DNA from: Mustelus asterias
Lineage: Eukaryota
NCBI RefSeq assembly: GCF_964213995.1
Contig: NW_027590120.1
Location: 434,001-498,000 of the forward strand
Length of the DNA: 64,000 nucleotides
Direction of reading: 5' to 3'
How positions within the stretch are numbered: position 1 is the first letter of the stretch; each line of letters begins with the position of its first letter. A program made the translations under genes and the position numbers. This document shows, in pieces, positions 49,811 through 63,297 of this stretch. Below the pieces are notes generated by a model that was not told where the DNA came from, ran no database searches, and was given only the letters and a program-made list of their open reading frames with translations.

Positions 49811-52785
49811 AGAGATTGAAATTTGAGAGATCACAAGTTAAAGATGGACAGAAATTGAGAAGAGGCTGCAAACAAAGAGAAAAAGCAGAGGTGGGTAAAT
49901 GGGCAGACAGAATTTGTAGAGCTCCATACTCACCATGGGAATGTCCTCCCTCGGTGATCTCTCAAACTCTTTCCATCCCCTCTCCCATGGTGCGGGGGAG
50001 AGATCCAAGGCCAGGGGCTTTGTGCTGGGTAAAGGGGGGTTTAAAATATCAGTGCAAGCACGCACATACGCACATTCACAAAGACAAAGTTACCCTCATA
50101 CTTACCAATCCACGTGTAGAGAGACAGAACAATGAATCCCCAGCCTTTTCATACCCTCACCGAGTCACACAAACTGCCCACACCTCCCCAATCAACCCCC
50201 ATCCAACCACATCTCCTACACCTCACCTGAACCCACCTACTCCAGGTATGGCCCAGTCCAACACCAATCTGTCTCTGAGAGGATGGGTGAGGGTTGTGTG
50301 TGTGGGTTGGTGAGCACCATGCAAATGATTTATCCCAAGGCTCTCTCTCACTCTTCACATCACCAGCACTGGGGGCTGAGAGAAAATGGGTTTAAAGTAA
50401 CTAGCAGCCCTGCCCAGACAGAGAGAGACCAGGTCTGAATGTGCATTGCACAACTTGTTCATTCAGGACTCCATCGGCTACAGATTTGCATCTTTTGCTG
50501 ATTCTTGCAAAGTTCATTTTTTGCTTATGTTGCCTGAACTCAAACACTTTCTTGCAAAGTTCTTTGTTGCTGCACTTACAATTCAATTTCTGATTTCCAA
50601 ACCAACCTCTGATGTTGTCTGTCCAGGTGACTGAATGCGTGCGCCCTTGCTTAATGTTTAATAAGTCACCACAGATCAGAGCTGCCAAAGAAGCGTTCAG
50701 ACTTTTTTGAGAGCAGAAGCACTGATTGGGGGAGGGGATGGAGAGAATAAGAGTGAAGTTTCATTCAGATAAATGTTGTCAATGCGTCTTTAACCAGCAA
50801 CTCTGCAGAGAGAGAGAGATGCAGGATTTCAAACTCTCTGGGAACTGTACCTAGGGACACACACATACGCACAGATAGGCATCAGCTCATGTTTATAGGA
50901 ACAACCAGGCTGGAGTCTGCAGCTAATTCCCGCCCCCCACCTCCCCTCTTAAAAAAATGTGCTTCATTCATGAAGTCTATGAGGGTTCCATGACTTCCCA
51001 TTCAGTGTAATCCAGTTCAGTTTGTTAGAATACAGTGTGTGACCCTCTGAAGGAGTTGACAGATGAGTTAGATTTCTAATCTTCATTTCCGATCAAACAT
51101 TCTCCAGTGTGTTGGGCTGCACAGATCAGATCGAGCTGGGCACGAGCAAGACCACAGCAGATCAGCCAGAGTGATCCCTGCCTCCCTCTGCAGCCCTATC
51201 GATCCTGGATCTACAGATGACTGTTTTAACTAGGGTCTGGAGCAGGTCCAGGGGAAATCTTCCCACTCACCCAGCCCCTCCACACTGTACAGCCTTCTGG
51301 ACTCAACATCCAGTCCAACAGTTTCGGAAAGTAAACTCTGAGTCCATTCTGTTTCCTTTTCCTTGATTCCTTTCCCCTTCTTTCAGTCAGCAGTCCCCCT
51401 GCTCCAGGCACAGCTTCTTTGTTTCTTTTCTCTCTCCATCTCCATTCCCTTTGGCGCTTGGGGATTCACTTTTCTCTCATTCAAACTCTCCTGCCTATCA
51501 CAGACCTTCCCTTAGTCCTTGTCACAGCCACCCCCTTCTCCAAACCTGCAACATTTATAACTGTTCACCAAATGCCCTATTCAAGAGGGATAAAAAACAT
51601 CATGTATCTTTGCTTAAATTCTGACCTACAATATGGTCAAAGCGTGATCTCAATGAGCGGGATTTTAACTTCCCCGAATTTGGAGCTTTGCTTCTTCAGG
51701 ATTAAGAGGAAATGGGTGCAGTCTCATCATCTCTCATGTCCCAGGAAGTTCCACACCACCCTAACATTTCCCAGTAGCTGCCGCGAATAATGTAGCTGTC
51801 TAAAACTCTCCTTATCATCTCCTTACCATCCCAGCAAGATCCAAACCCTGCAGTATTTCCAGCAGTGAATTACAATGAAAGTATCAGACAGAAGGTGCAG
51901 TGTGTTTTAGATAAAAAATAAACAGCCGGTTGGACTTGGGAATATTGTAAAACAAATACAAGTACATGTGATGTGTTGAGCTGATTGTGGAATTGGTTGT
52001 AATTCTCACACTATTTCTTTTACAGTTTTAGGTAATAGTCATCAATAAATCCAAATCCAGGATGTGGTGTCCTCAGATAGATGACTCTGCATTACATCAA
52101 AGGGGAGACCCCTGAACTTTTCCCCAAATATCACTGTGGAATATGCTTCAACTCCAGCTATAGGTCTTGTAATTTCTGAATCAGTCGGGTCATTCCTCCT
52201 GGTTTTTTATGAATTGGCATTTAGCTTCTCATTTTGAGTGAGTCTGCATTCTGTTCAATGAGAAACAGAATAGAATGTATATCGGATATTGCACTGTCCG
52301 TATTAAAGCTCTTATATCACATTACATTGTGGAGCAGAGCCGGGATTATAATTCAAAATTTGGTGCTTATTATTGTCATATGTATTTGAATTCCATTTCG
52401 TAGCAGCTTCCATTCTTACACCATTAAATAAAGATTATGACAGATAAAGACACGGTTTGATTCCTTTCTCTTCATTTTTGTGCTCTAGATCGACACATCG
52501 AGAACTACATTTCCCCAATAACTGAACACAGCACCTTGCTGCATTCCAGCACTAACCCAAATACACAAATCCTCTGCTATCCGCACAGTTTAGCACATTT
52601 CATCCATTTGCTGCCTCCTCCCAAATCCTGTTGTTATCCTCACGCTTTATTATATTCCACCAATCTGCCATTGGCTTACTAAATCCTGCTTTTACCATCA
52701 CCCTTTCTAACATTTCAGCAATCCGTGCGTGTTCTCCAAAACACTGCTGTTATCCACAATGTTTACTGCATTTCACCATTCTGTC

Positions 52786-53392
52786 CACATCCAGGCCTGT
52801 GACACTGAATCTCAAATAAAAGTTTGAACACAGCCAGGCCTGTGACACTGAATCTCAAAATACACATTGAACCCAGCCAGGCCGAAGAGCTTGAATCTCA
52901 AAAGACAGAGTGAATCCAGCTAAGACTGTGACACTGAATCTCAAAAGACTGAATGAACCCAGCCAGGTCTGAGACACTGAAACTCAAAGAACAGAGTGAA
53001 CACAGCCAGGCCTCTGACACTGAATCTCAAAGGACAGAGTGAAGCCAGCCAGGCCTGTGACACAGAATATCAAATGTCAGAGTGAACCCCGTGAGGCCTG
53101 AGCCACTGAATCTCAAGGGACAGAGTGAATCTAGCCAGGCCTGTGGCACTCAATCTCAAATAGCAGTGGGAACACAGCCGGGCCTGTGACACTGAAGCTC
53201 AAAGGACAGAATGTATCCAGCCAGGTCTGTGACACTGAATATGAAAGGACACAGTGATTCCAACCAGGCCTGTGACACTGAATCTCAAAGGACGCAGTGT
53301 ATCCAGCCGGGCCTGTGACACCCAAACTGAAAGGATACACTGATCCCAACCAGGCCTGTGACACTGAATCGGAAAGAACAGAGTGAACGCAG
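52786..53392 (+). repeat. 43-bp satellite, left of the Gypsy insertion
   Basis: Unit cagccaggcctgtgacactgaatctcaaaggacagagtgaacc. Confidence 0.93.
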
Positions 53393-54152
53393 TCATGCGC
53401 GATTAAATCACTCGGGATGCTGTACGTACCCGGGAAATAAAGGCTTTTATTAGTAACAAGAATGGAGCACACTATATTACAATACAATCCCAGACTAAAG
53501 GGTCACCAGGCAGTGCAGTGACCTTTGTACTGCTACAGGTAGGCGGAGCCAACTGGAGTGTACCACAAAACAATACCAACAGGTAGAACACCCCAACCCT
53601 AACCCCAACAGTGTCAACAGTAGTATATACACGAGATACCCATAGTGCTAACCATCTATGGTTCAGTACCCATAGTGGTAACCATCTATGGTTCACCACA
53701 TTCACCCCTCCTTTAAGACAAAAGGCCAGTGGGGCAAACAAAAGAAGAGAAAAAAAAAGTGCAAACTGTCCATAATGTCACAGGTTCAGTCTTTTCGGAG
53801 GGCCGCACCGTCTCTGCAATCTCCTCAACACTGGCGGTAGCGCCGGTTCTGGTGACCGTGATGACCCTCTCTCCAAAACGGTGTCCAGAGACTCCTCCAG
53901 TTCCTCACGGACAGGTGGACCACGAGGTGGCGATGACCTCCTGGACTCAAGCACGCCCCGAGGTGGCGACAATCTCCTGGACTCAGGCAAGCTGTACACA
54001 GGAGTAAGAGGGTTAAGTGGTGGTCCCGATACTGCCCGCGCCTTGTCAGGAGGGGAGATAATGGTCAAGGGGTCCCTAACCAGGGGTGCGCGAGCGACAG
54101 GGGTTTCCAAGTCCCCTGCAGGTGCCAGATCTCGAATAGAGACCGTGTCCTC

Positions 54153-55637
54153 TCACCCGTCAGGATATGCCACATAGGCATATGGAGGGTTGGCGTGTAG
54201 GAGGTGGACCTGTTCAACCAAAGGGTCAGACTTGCAGGTCCTAACATGCCGCCGCAGGAGGACAGGTCCTGAGTACATCAACCAAGACGGCAGTGAGGTC
54301 CCAGAGGAAGACTTCCTAGGGAAGGTAAACATCCGCTCATGTGGGGTAGCGTTGGTTGCCGTACACAGGAGGGACCGGAATGAGTGGAGCGCATCAGAAA
54401 GTACCTCTTGCCAACGGGAGACTGGAAGACCCTTGGACCTCAAGGCCAGTAAGACAGCCTTCCAGACTGTAGCATTTTCTCTTTCAACCTGCCCGTTACC
54501 CCTGGGATTGTAACTCGTCGTACGACTTGTGGCAATCCCTTTTGAGAGCATGTATTGCCTCAAGTCGTCACTCATAAATGACGAGCCCCTGTCACTATGT
54601 ATATAGCTGGGGTAACCGAACAGTGTGAAAAGATCCCTCAACGCTTTAATAACCGTGGCAGTGATCATGTCTGAACAGGGAATGGCAAAAGGGAATCGGG
54701 AGTACTCGTCAATCACATTGAGGAAGTACACATTCCGATCTGTCGAAGGAAGGGAGCCCTTGAAGTCCACACTCAGTCTTTCAAAGGGCCGAGTGGCCTT
54801 AATGAGATGTGCCCTGTCAGGTCGGTAGAAGTGCGGCTTGCATTCAGCACATACCTGGCAGCTTCGGGTTATTGACATGACATCCTCCACTGAGTGGGGT
54901 AGATTTCGGGCCTTTATGAAATGGAAGAGCCGAGTGATCCCCGGATGGCAGAGATCATTGTGGAGGGCCTGTAATCGATCCTCCTGCACACTGGCACATG
55001 TTCCACGCGACAGGGCGTCTGGGGGCTCATTGAGCTTCCCCGGACGGTACATGATATCATAGTTGTAGGTGGAGAGTTCAATTCTCCACTTCAAGATTTT
55101 ATCATTTTTGATCTTACCCCGTAACGTGTTGTTGAACATGAACGCCACGGACCGCTGGTCCATGAGCAGGGTAAATAATTTCCCAGCCAAGTAATGGCGC
55201 CAATGCCGTACGGCCTCCCCAGTGGCCTGAGCCTCGTTTTCCACCGCGGAGTGCCGAATTTCAGGGCCTTGGAGGGTGCGAGAGGAAATGGCGACGGGCC
55301 TGCCCACTTGGTTGAGTGTGGCGGCCAGGGCGAAGTCAGATGCATCACTCTCCACCTGAAAGGAGATGGATTCATCAACAGCGTGCATCGTGGCCTTCGC
55401 GATGTCAGCTTTTATCCCTTCAAAGGCTAAGCGTGCCTCTGCTGCCAGGGGAAAAGAAGTAGACTTAATAAGTGGACGGGCTTTGTCCGCATAGTTGGGG
55501 ACCCACTGTGCGTAGTATGAGAAGAAGTCTATGCATCTTCTCAGTGCTTTAATGCTCGTGGGTAAGGGAAGTGCAAGGAGGGGACACATGCAGTCTGGAT
55601 CAGGGCCAAGGACCCCGTTTTCCACCACGTAATCCAA
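54153..55637 (-). pseudogene. Gypsy RNase H-integrase
   Basis: SDASD RNase H, HHCC (H..HPG..CQVC), and the DDE core (SVDF, HSDRG, GQVER). Confidence 0.92.
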
Positions 55638-55716
55638 GAATAGCTAGGCGGCGGTTGCTAAAGACACACTTCTCCCTGTTATAGGTCAAATTCAGGCGAG
55701 ACGCATTGCGTAAGAA

Positions 55717-57768
55717 CTATAGGAGGTTTGCGTCGTGGTCCTGCTGGTCATGGCCGCAGATAGTGACGTTGTCCAGGTACGGGAAGGTAGCCCGTCGCCC
55801 GTTTTGGTCCACCATTCGGTCCATTGAATGCTGGAAGACCGAGACCCCATTCGTGACGCCAAAGGGGACCCTTAAGAAATGATAGAGACGACCATCCGCC
55901 TCAAAGGCCATGTATGTTCGGTCCTCTGGGCGAATGGGGAGCTGGTGGTAGGCTGACTTCAAGTCGATGGTGGAGAACACCCAGTACTGCGCAATCTGGT
56001 TGACCATGTCAGATATGCGCGGGAGAGGATACGCATCCAACTGCGTGTATCTATTAATGGTCTGACTATAGTCTATGACCATCCGGGGTTTGTCTCCAGT
56101 TTTAACCACCATGACTTGTGCTCTCCATGGGCTAGAGCTAGGTTGAATGATCCCTTCCCTGAGGAGCCGCTGAACCTCAGATCGAATAACGATCCGATCC
56201 TCAGCGCTGTAACGCCTGCTCTTAGTTGCAATGGGCTTGCAGCCTGGCACGAGATTCTCGAATAAAGATGGCGGGGTGATTCTGAGTGTCGAGAGGCTAC
56301 ACGTGGAGTGCGCTGGGCAATTTGGAGGCTGCTGTTCTCCCACTGAAAGTGAAGGGAGTGGCCCATTGTACTGCAGGGTCACCCTCCGCAGGTGGACCAT
56401 AAAGTCTAGCCCCAGGAGTATCGGAGCACCAAGGTGCGGTGACACGAGGAGCCTGAAGTGCTCGTAAACTGTGCCTCGCACCGTTAGGTTGACCACGCAG
56501 CTCCTGAGCACAGTAACAGATCGGGACCTCGACGCCATCGAAATTGTCTGTCTGACAGTCTGTACTCGGAGTCCGCACCGTTTTACAGTGTCAGGGTGAA
56601 TAAAAGTCTCCGTGCTCCCACTATCAAACAGACAATGAAATGGGCGTCCATTTACCTCTATGCCCATCATGGACTTGTCGAGTCTGTGAGGCTTGGCCTG
56701 GTCCAGGACGACTGACGCCACCGTTGAGCCTGGATTGCAACTGTACGCAGCTGAGATGGTTGATGGAAGATGACCCTGCTGGTCGTCTGTGGTTGGTGCC
56801 GACCAAAATGGCTGCGCCCATGGATCGCACATGGTCGGTGGCGCTGAAAGTGGCGGCACCTGCAGGTCGCATGCGTCTTGCGCCGTCGTCGTCAGGAATG
56901 GCGGCGTCCATGAACCGCACGTGGTGGAAGACCTCGATGAAGCCTGAGACAAGGAGACAGATTCTGGAGAATCACACGCCGCACTGCTATTCTTCGAAGG
57001 TGGTTTAGCTCTACATACTTTGGCATAGTGCCCTTTCTTCCCACACGCAGAGCAAAATACCGTTCTGGCCGGACATCGCTGCCGAGGGTGTTTCGCCAAA
57101 CCACAGAAATAGCACCATGGGCCTCCTGGAGCAGCCACCGTCGTCAGGTCCGAGGTTGCAGGCACGATCGCGCAGTTTCTCAGAGCCGCTGAGTAATGTT
57201 GGTTCGGTGGCTGTACTTGCCACGACGTTCCCACGTGGTCGGTGGGGTAGGTTTCTCGGCTTCTGGAGGCCGTTTCCATCATGTCAGCCAATTCCACCGT
57301 CTTAGCTAGGTCTAGGTTGCCTTGCTCTAGCAGCCGCAGGCAAATGTAGGATGAGCTGATTCCCGCCACAAACGCATCTCGGATCAAATCGTTAGTATAC
57401 TGGGCCACCGACACAGGCTTGCAATTGCAGGCTCTGGCTAGCTGCTGAAGTTTGCACAGGTACTGCCCCGTCGTTTCACCGGGCTGCCGCCGTCGGGTGG
57501 CTAGAAGGTGTCGAGCATGAATCTCGTTTGGCGATTTGTTGTACAGTTTCTTAAGTAGTTCGATGGCCGCTTTGTAGTCAGGGGCATCGCGGATTGATGA
57601 GTATACAGTGTCGCTTACCCTTGCGTGGAGGACCCGCAGTCGATCGGCGTCGCTTTGAATGGCTGTTGAGGCCTTGACATAATCTTGGAAACACTTGAGC
57701 CAATGATCGAACATGATTGACGCACGCGGATCTAACGTCAGTCGATCAGGTTTCAACAGTTGCTCCAT
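55717..57768 (-). pseudogene. Gypsy Gag-protease-RT (ends in a premature stop)
   Basis: CYFC...H...C and CSAC...H...C knuckles, protease LFDSGS, RT YLDN (YxDD mutated). Confidence 0.92.
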
Positions 57769-58120
57769 GGTTCTTTTTTTTTCTTGTTAACCAAATTTGT
57801 TACTAATAAAATTGATGCGTGATTAAATCACTCGGGATGCTGTACGTACCCGGGAAATAAAGGCTTTTATTAGTAACAAGAATGGAGCACACTATATTAC
57901 AATACAATCCCTGACTAAAGGGTCACCAGGCAGTGCAGTGACCTTTATACTGCTACAGGTAGGCGGAGCCAACTGGAGTGTACCACAAAACAATACCAAC
58001 AGGTAGAACACCCCAACCCTAACCCCAACAGTGTCAACAGTAGTATATACACGAGATACCCATAGTGCTAACCATCTATGGTTCAGTACCCATAGTGGTA
58101 ACCATCTATGGTTCACCACA

Positions 58121-61100
58121 CGCAGCCAGACCTGTGACATTGAATCTGAAAGGACACAGTGAACCTAGGCAGGCCTGTGACACTGGATCTCAAATAACAG
58201 TTCGAACCCAGCCAGTCCTGTGACATTGAATATGAAAGGATGGGGTGGATCCAGCCGGGCCTGTGACACTGAATCGCAAATAACAGTTCGAACACATCCA
58301 GGACTGTTTCACTGAATCTCAAAAGGACAGAGTGAACACAGCCAGGTCTGTGACCCCAAATTTCAAAGGACACAGTGAACCCAGCCAGGCCTGTGACACT
58401 GAATCTCAAAGGACACAGTGTATCCAGGCAGGCCTGTGACACCCAAACTGAAAGTATACACTGATCCCAACCAGGCCTGTGACCCTGAATCTGAAAGTAC
58501 AGAGTGAGCAGAGCCAGGCCTGTGACACTGAATCTCAAAGGACACAATGTATCCAGCCAGGTCTGTGACTCTGTATATGAAAGGGTACAGTGATCCCAAC
58601 CAGGCCTGTGACACTGAAGCTCAAAGGAATGAGTGAACCTAGCCAGGCCTGAGACCTTAAATCTCAAATAGCAGTTCTAACACAGCCAGGCCTGTGAAAC
58701 TGAATATTAAATGACAGAGTGAACCCAGTGACGCCTGAGACACTGAATCTCAAGGGACAGAGGGAATCTAGCCAGGCTTGTAGCACTAAATTGCAAATAG
58801 CAGTGCGAACACAGCCCGGCCTGTGACACTGAAGCTCAAAGGACATAGTGTATCCAACCAGCCCTGTGACACTCGAACTGAAAGGATACACTGATACCAA
58901 CCAGGCCTGTGACACTGAATCGGAAAGAACAGAGTGAACGCAACCAGGCCTGTGACACTGAATCGGAAAGAACAGAGTGAACGCAACCAGGCCTGTGACA
59001 CTGAATCTGAAAGGACAGATTGAACCAAGCCAGGTCTGTGACCCCAAATTTCAAAGGACACAGTGAACCCAGCCAGGCCTGTGACTCTGAATCTCAAAGG
59101 ACAGAGTCAATCAGCCAGGCCTGTGACACTGAATCTCAATGGGCAGAGTGAACCAGCCAGGCATTTGACACTGAATCAAACCAGGACTGTGACACTGAAT
59201 CTGAAAGGAAAGAGTGAACTCAGCCAGGCCGATAACACTCAAACTGAAAGGACAGAGTGAACCCAGGCAGGCCCGTGACACTGAATCTCAAATAACAGTT
59301 TGAAAACCGCTAGGCCTGTGACACTGAATCTCAAATAACAGTTTGAAAACCGCTAGGCCTGTGACACTGAATCTCAAGTAACAGTTTGAAAACCGCTAGG
59401 CCTGTGACACTGAATCTCAAATAACAGTTTGAAAACCGCTAGGCCTGTGACACTGAATTTCAAAGTACAGAGGACCCCGGCCAGGCCTGAGACCTCAAAT
59501 CTCAAATAACAGTTCGAACACAACCAGGCCTATGACACTGAAGCTCAAAGGACAGATTGAACCCAGCCATGCCTGTGACACTGAATATGAAGGGACACAT
59601 GTATCCAGCCAGGTCTGTGACACTGAATCTCAAAGGACAGAGTGAATCCAACCAGGCCTGTGACACTGAATCTCAAAGGAAACTGTGTATCCTGCCAGCC
59701 CTGTGACACTCAAACTGAAAGGATACACTGATCCCAACCAGGCCTGTGACACTGAATCTGAAAGAACAGAGTGATCACAGCCAGGCCTGTGACATTGAAT
59801 CTGAAAGGACACAGTGAACCTAGGCAGGCCTGTGACACTGAATCTCAAATAACAGTTCAAACCAGCCAGTCCTGGGACATTGAATATGAAAGGAGAGAGT
59901 GGATCCAGCCAGGCCTGTTTCACTGAATCTCAAAGGACAGAGCGAACCCAGCCAAGCCTGTGACACTGAATCTCAAAAGACACAGTGAACCAAGCCAGGC
60001 CTGTGACACTGAATCTCAAATCACAGTGAATCCAGCCAGGTCTGTGACACTCAAATTGAAAGGATACACTGATCACAACCAGGCCTGTGACACTGAATCG
60101 GAAAGAACAGAGTGAACGCAGCCATGCCTGTGACATTGAATCTCAAAAGACAGAGTGAACCCAGCCAGGCCTGTGACACTGAATTTCAAAGGACACAGTT
60201 TATCCAGTCGGGCCTGTGACACTGAATCTGAAAGGACAGAGTGACCTCGGCCAGGCCGGAGACCTTAAATCTCAAAGGACAGAGTGAACACAGTCAGGCC
60301 TGTGACACTGAATCTGAAAGGAATGAGTGAACCCTGCCTGTCCGGAGACCTTAAATCTCAAATAACAGTTCGAACACAGCCAGGCCTGTGACACTGAATC
60401 TCAAAGGACAGAGTGAACCCCATGAGGCCTGAGACACTGAATTTCAAAGGACAGAGTGAAGCCAGAAAGGCCTGTGATACTGAATCTGAAAGGACAGAGT
60501 GAATCCAGCCGGGTCTGTGACACAAAATCTCAAATAGCAGTTCGAACACAGCCAGGCCTGTGACACTGAATCTCAAATGACAGAGTGAACCCAGTGACGC
60601 CTGAGACACTGAATCTCAAGGGACAGAGTGAATCTAGCCAGGCCTGTGGCACTAAATCTCAAATAGCAGTGCGAACACAGTCGGGCCTGTGAAACTGAAT
60701 CTCAAAGGACACAGTGTATCCAGCCTGGTCTGTGACACTGAATATGAAGGGACACAGTGATTCCAACCAGGCCTGTGACACTGAATCTCAATGGACACAG
60801 TGTATCCAGCCAGGCCTGTGGCACCCAAACTGAAAGGATACAGTGATCCCAACCAGGCCTGTGACACTGAATCTGAAAGTACAGAGTAAGCAGAGCCAAG
60901 CCTGTGACACCGAATCTCATAGCACACAGTGAATCCAGCCAGGCCTGTGACACTGCACCTCAAAGGACACAATGTATCCAGCCAGGTCTGTGACACTGAA
61001 TATGAAAGGGTACACTGATCCCAACCAGGCCTGTGAAACTGAATCTCAAGGGACAGAATGAATCCTGCCAAGCATGTGACACTGAATCTCAAAAGACACA

Positions 61101-61326
61101 GTGAACCAAGTCAGGCCTGTGACACTGAATCTGAAAGGAAACAGTGTATCCTGCCAGCCCTGTGACACTCAAACTGAAAGGATACACTGATCCCAACCAG
61201 GCCTGTGACACTGAATCGGAAAGAACAGAGTGAACGCAGCCAGGCCTGTGACATTGAATCTGAAAGGACACAGTGAACCATGTCAGGCCTGTGACACTGA
61301 ATCTCAAAGGACAGAATGAATCCAGG
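58121..61326 (+). repeat. 43-bp satellite with higher-order variants
   Basis: Continuation of the array after the LTR; four near-identical variant units at ~59279-59450. Confidence 0.95.
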
Positions 61327-61689
61327 AGATGACTTGTGATTTCTGTCTTCAATCTCATGAACTTCACGACGATGATTCAGAAGCAGTAAACGATAACAAA
61401 TTTCAACTATAAAGCTGGTTGCTATCAATATTTACACCGCAGCTGTTAAAGTCCTTGGCATTTATTGTAAACAGACATTTCCCCTTTACAGTAGTGCCCG
61501 GGCTATACATCACACACCTCCCTGGCAGCAAGCATTATCTGCCCACAAATCAAATAGCCATATCCGAATGATCGAACTCTACACAGATCAACAGATATTG
61601 GACAAATATGCTTGTTCAGCAAGATAAACCGATGCGCACTGACAAACTGAACCAGCACCAATGACTGGCTCAGAGTCACAGGGTCAGAA

Positions 61690-62960
61690 TGTCACACAGT
61701 ACAGAAGAGGCCCTGCGGCCATTTGTGTCTGCAACGACAAAACTACATTAATCGCACTCCTCAGCACTTGGCCCAGAATCTTGCATAATTTGATCTTTCA
61801 GGAGCTCATCCACGTAGCTTTGATGGTTGTAAGGTTTTCTACCTCTTCACCCTCCCAGGCACTGCATTCCAGACTGCCGGCGCCCTCTGGATGACGACAC
61901 CCCCCACCTCTCTCAGTTCCTCAACTTAGATTTTGTGCCCCCTCATCCTTTATCCTTCAATTGGGAGGAACAGCCACTTCATATCCACCATGGACATATG
62001 CCTCATAATCTTGTACACCTCAATCAGGTCCCCACTTCACCTTCTCTGTTGTAATAAAAGCAACAAGAGGCTAACCGGCCTCTCTTCATTGTTCAAATGT
62101 TCCTGGTGAATCTCATCAACACTTTCTCCGTCGCCACAAAATCCTTCCTATCGTGTGACGACCAGAACTGCACACAGTTATCCACCTGTGGCCTACACAA
62201 AGTTTTGTGCAGCTCCAATATAACCTCTCTCCTTAATAATCCCTGCAAGATCGATGATGATAAGTTTCCCATATGCATTTTAAACTACCCTATTCAAGTG
62301 CTCTGCTGCCTTTCAGGACCTGTGGAGCAGGCCAGAAGCTTCTATGGTCTTGCAATTCATTGATTACGCCCTTGCCTTGTCAATCCTTTCAAAATGCATC
62401 AGATCGCCCTTCTTGGCGTTCAATCGGTCACCGATCTGCTCATTTTACCAACTCGGCTACATCTTCGTGCAAACTAAGACCTGCTTCCTCACTACTAAGC
62501 ATTCTGCCAATCTTGGTGTCATCTGTAATCGAGCACAATCATCCCGTCGCTCCTACCCCCACAAATGCACACACACACACACACATTCCCATACTAATCA
62601 TTGATATTTATATCATGAACAATAAGGCAACGAGCACTGATCCCTGTGGTACACCTCTGGATACCGGTCTCCAGTTCGACAAAGCGCCTTCTACCACCGC
62701 TTTCTGTGTCTTAACACTGAGTCAGTTATGGATCCAACTTGTCAAGTTGCCCTGGATCCAATGTACTTTTATCTTATTGATCAGTCTGCACTACAATAAA
62801 TTGTCAAAGGTTTTGCTGGGATCCATAGAAGCTACATCAATTGTACTTCCCTCATCTACACATCCAATCACCTTGTTGAAAAATGCATCACATTTATTCG
62901 GCATCATCTCCCTCTGACAAAGTTCTGCTGACTGTCGCTGAGTAAACCTGGACTCGCCAA
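61690..62960 (-). mobile_element. Degraded CR1 LINE
   Basis: RPQVDNCVQFWS remnants and GVPQGSVL reverse complement near 62635-62655. Confidence 0.75.
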
Positions 62961-63297
62961 GTGGAGATTGATACTCTGCTTCTGAATTATCTCCAGTTTG
63001 CTGAAAACTGATGTTTTAAACATTTACCAATAATTCACATGTACATCCACGAACAGCAAAAAATAAACAAATCCCATCATCTAATAAACAGTAATTAGTG
63101 AAGTTTGCAAACATGGTCAGACTCAGTGACCATAGTATAATTCCAAGCAATTTAAAATGATCTCGCGACAATTGGTACTCAGTCTGTCCTGAAACTGACA
63201 TACTAATGATAGGTTGACAACAAACCATGCTTTGACCAAGAACTTGTTAACTGACTGAATTCACTGATGGAATCTTATTGATGTTCCACGATCTGAT

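Larger units (their letters stand above)
53393..58120 (-). mobile_element. Full-length Ty3/Gypsy LTR retrotransposon with 308-bp LTRs and 5-bp TSD CGCAG
   Basis: LTRs at 53393-53700 and 57813-58120 (4 differences counted by eye). TSD at 53388-53392 and 58121-58125. PPT taaaggaggggtgaa (minus, 53701-53715). Confidence 0.96.

Noticed and set aside
44877-49871. Long Ser/Leu/Pro- or Glu/Arg-rich ORFs
   Set aside because: Translations of GA- and G-rich low-complexity DNA.
58121-61326. CACAGTG in satellite units as RSSs; long Cys-rich ORFs
   Set aside because: No nonamers. The ORFs are translations of a 43-bp repeat that cycles through frames.
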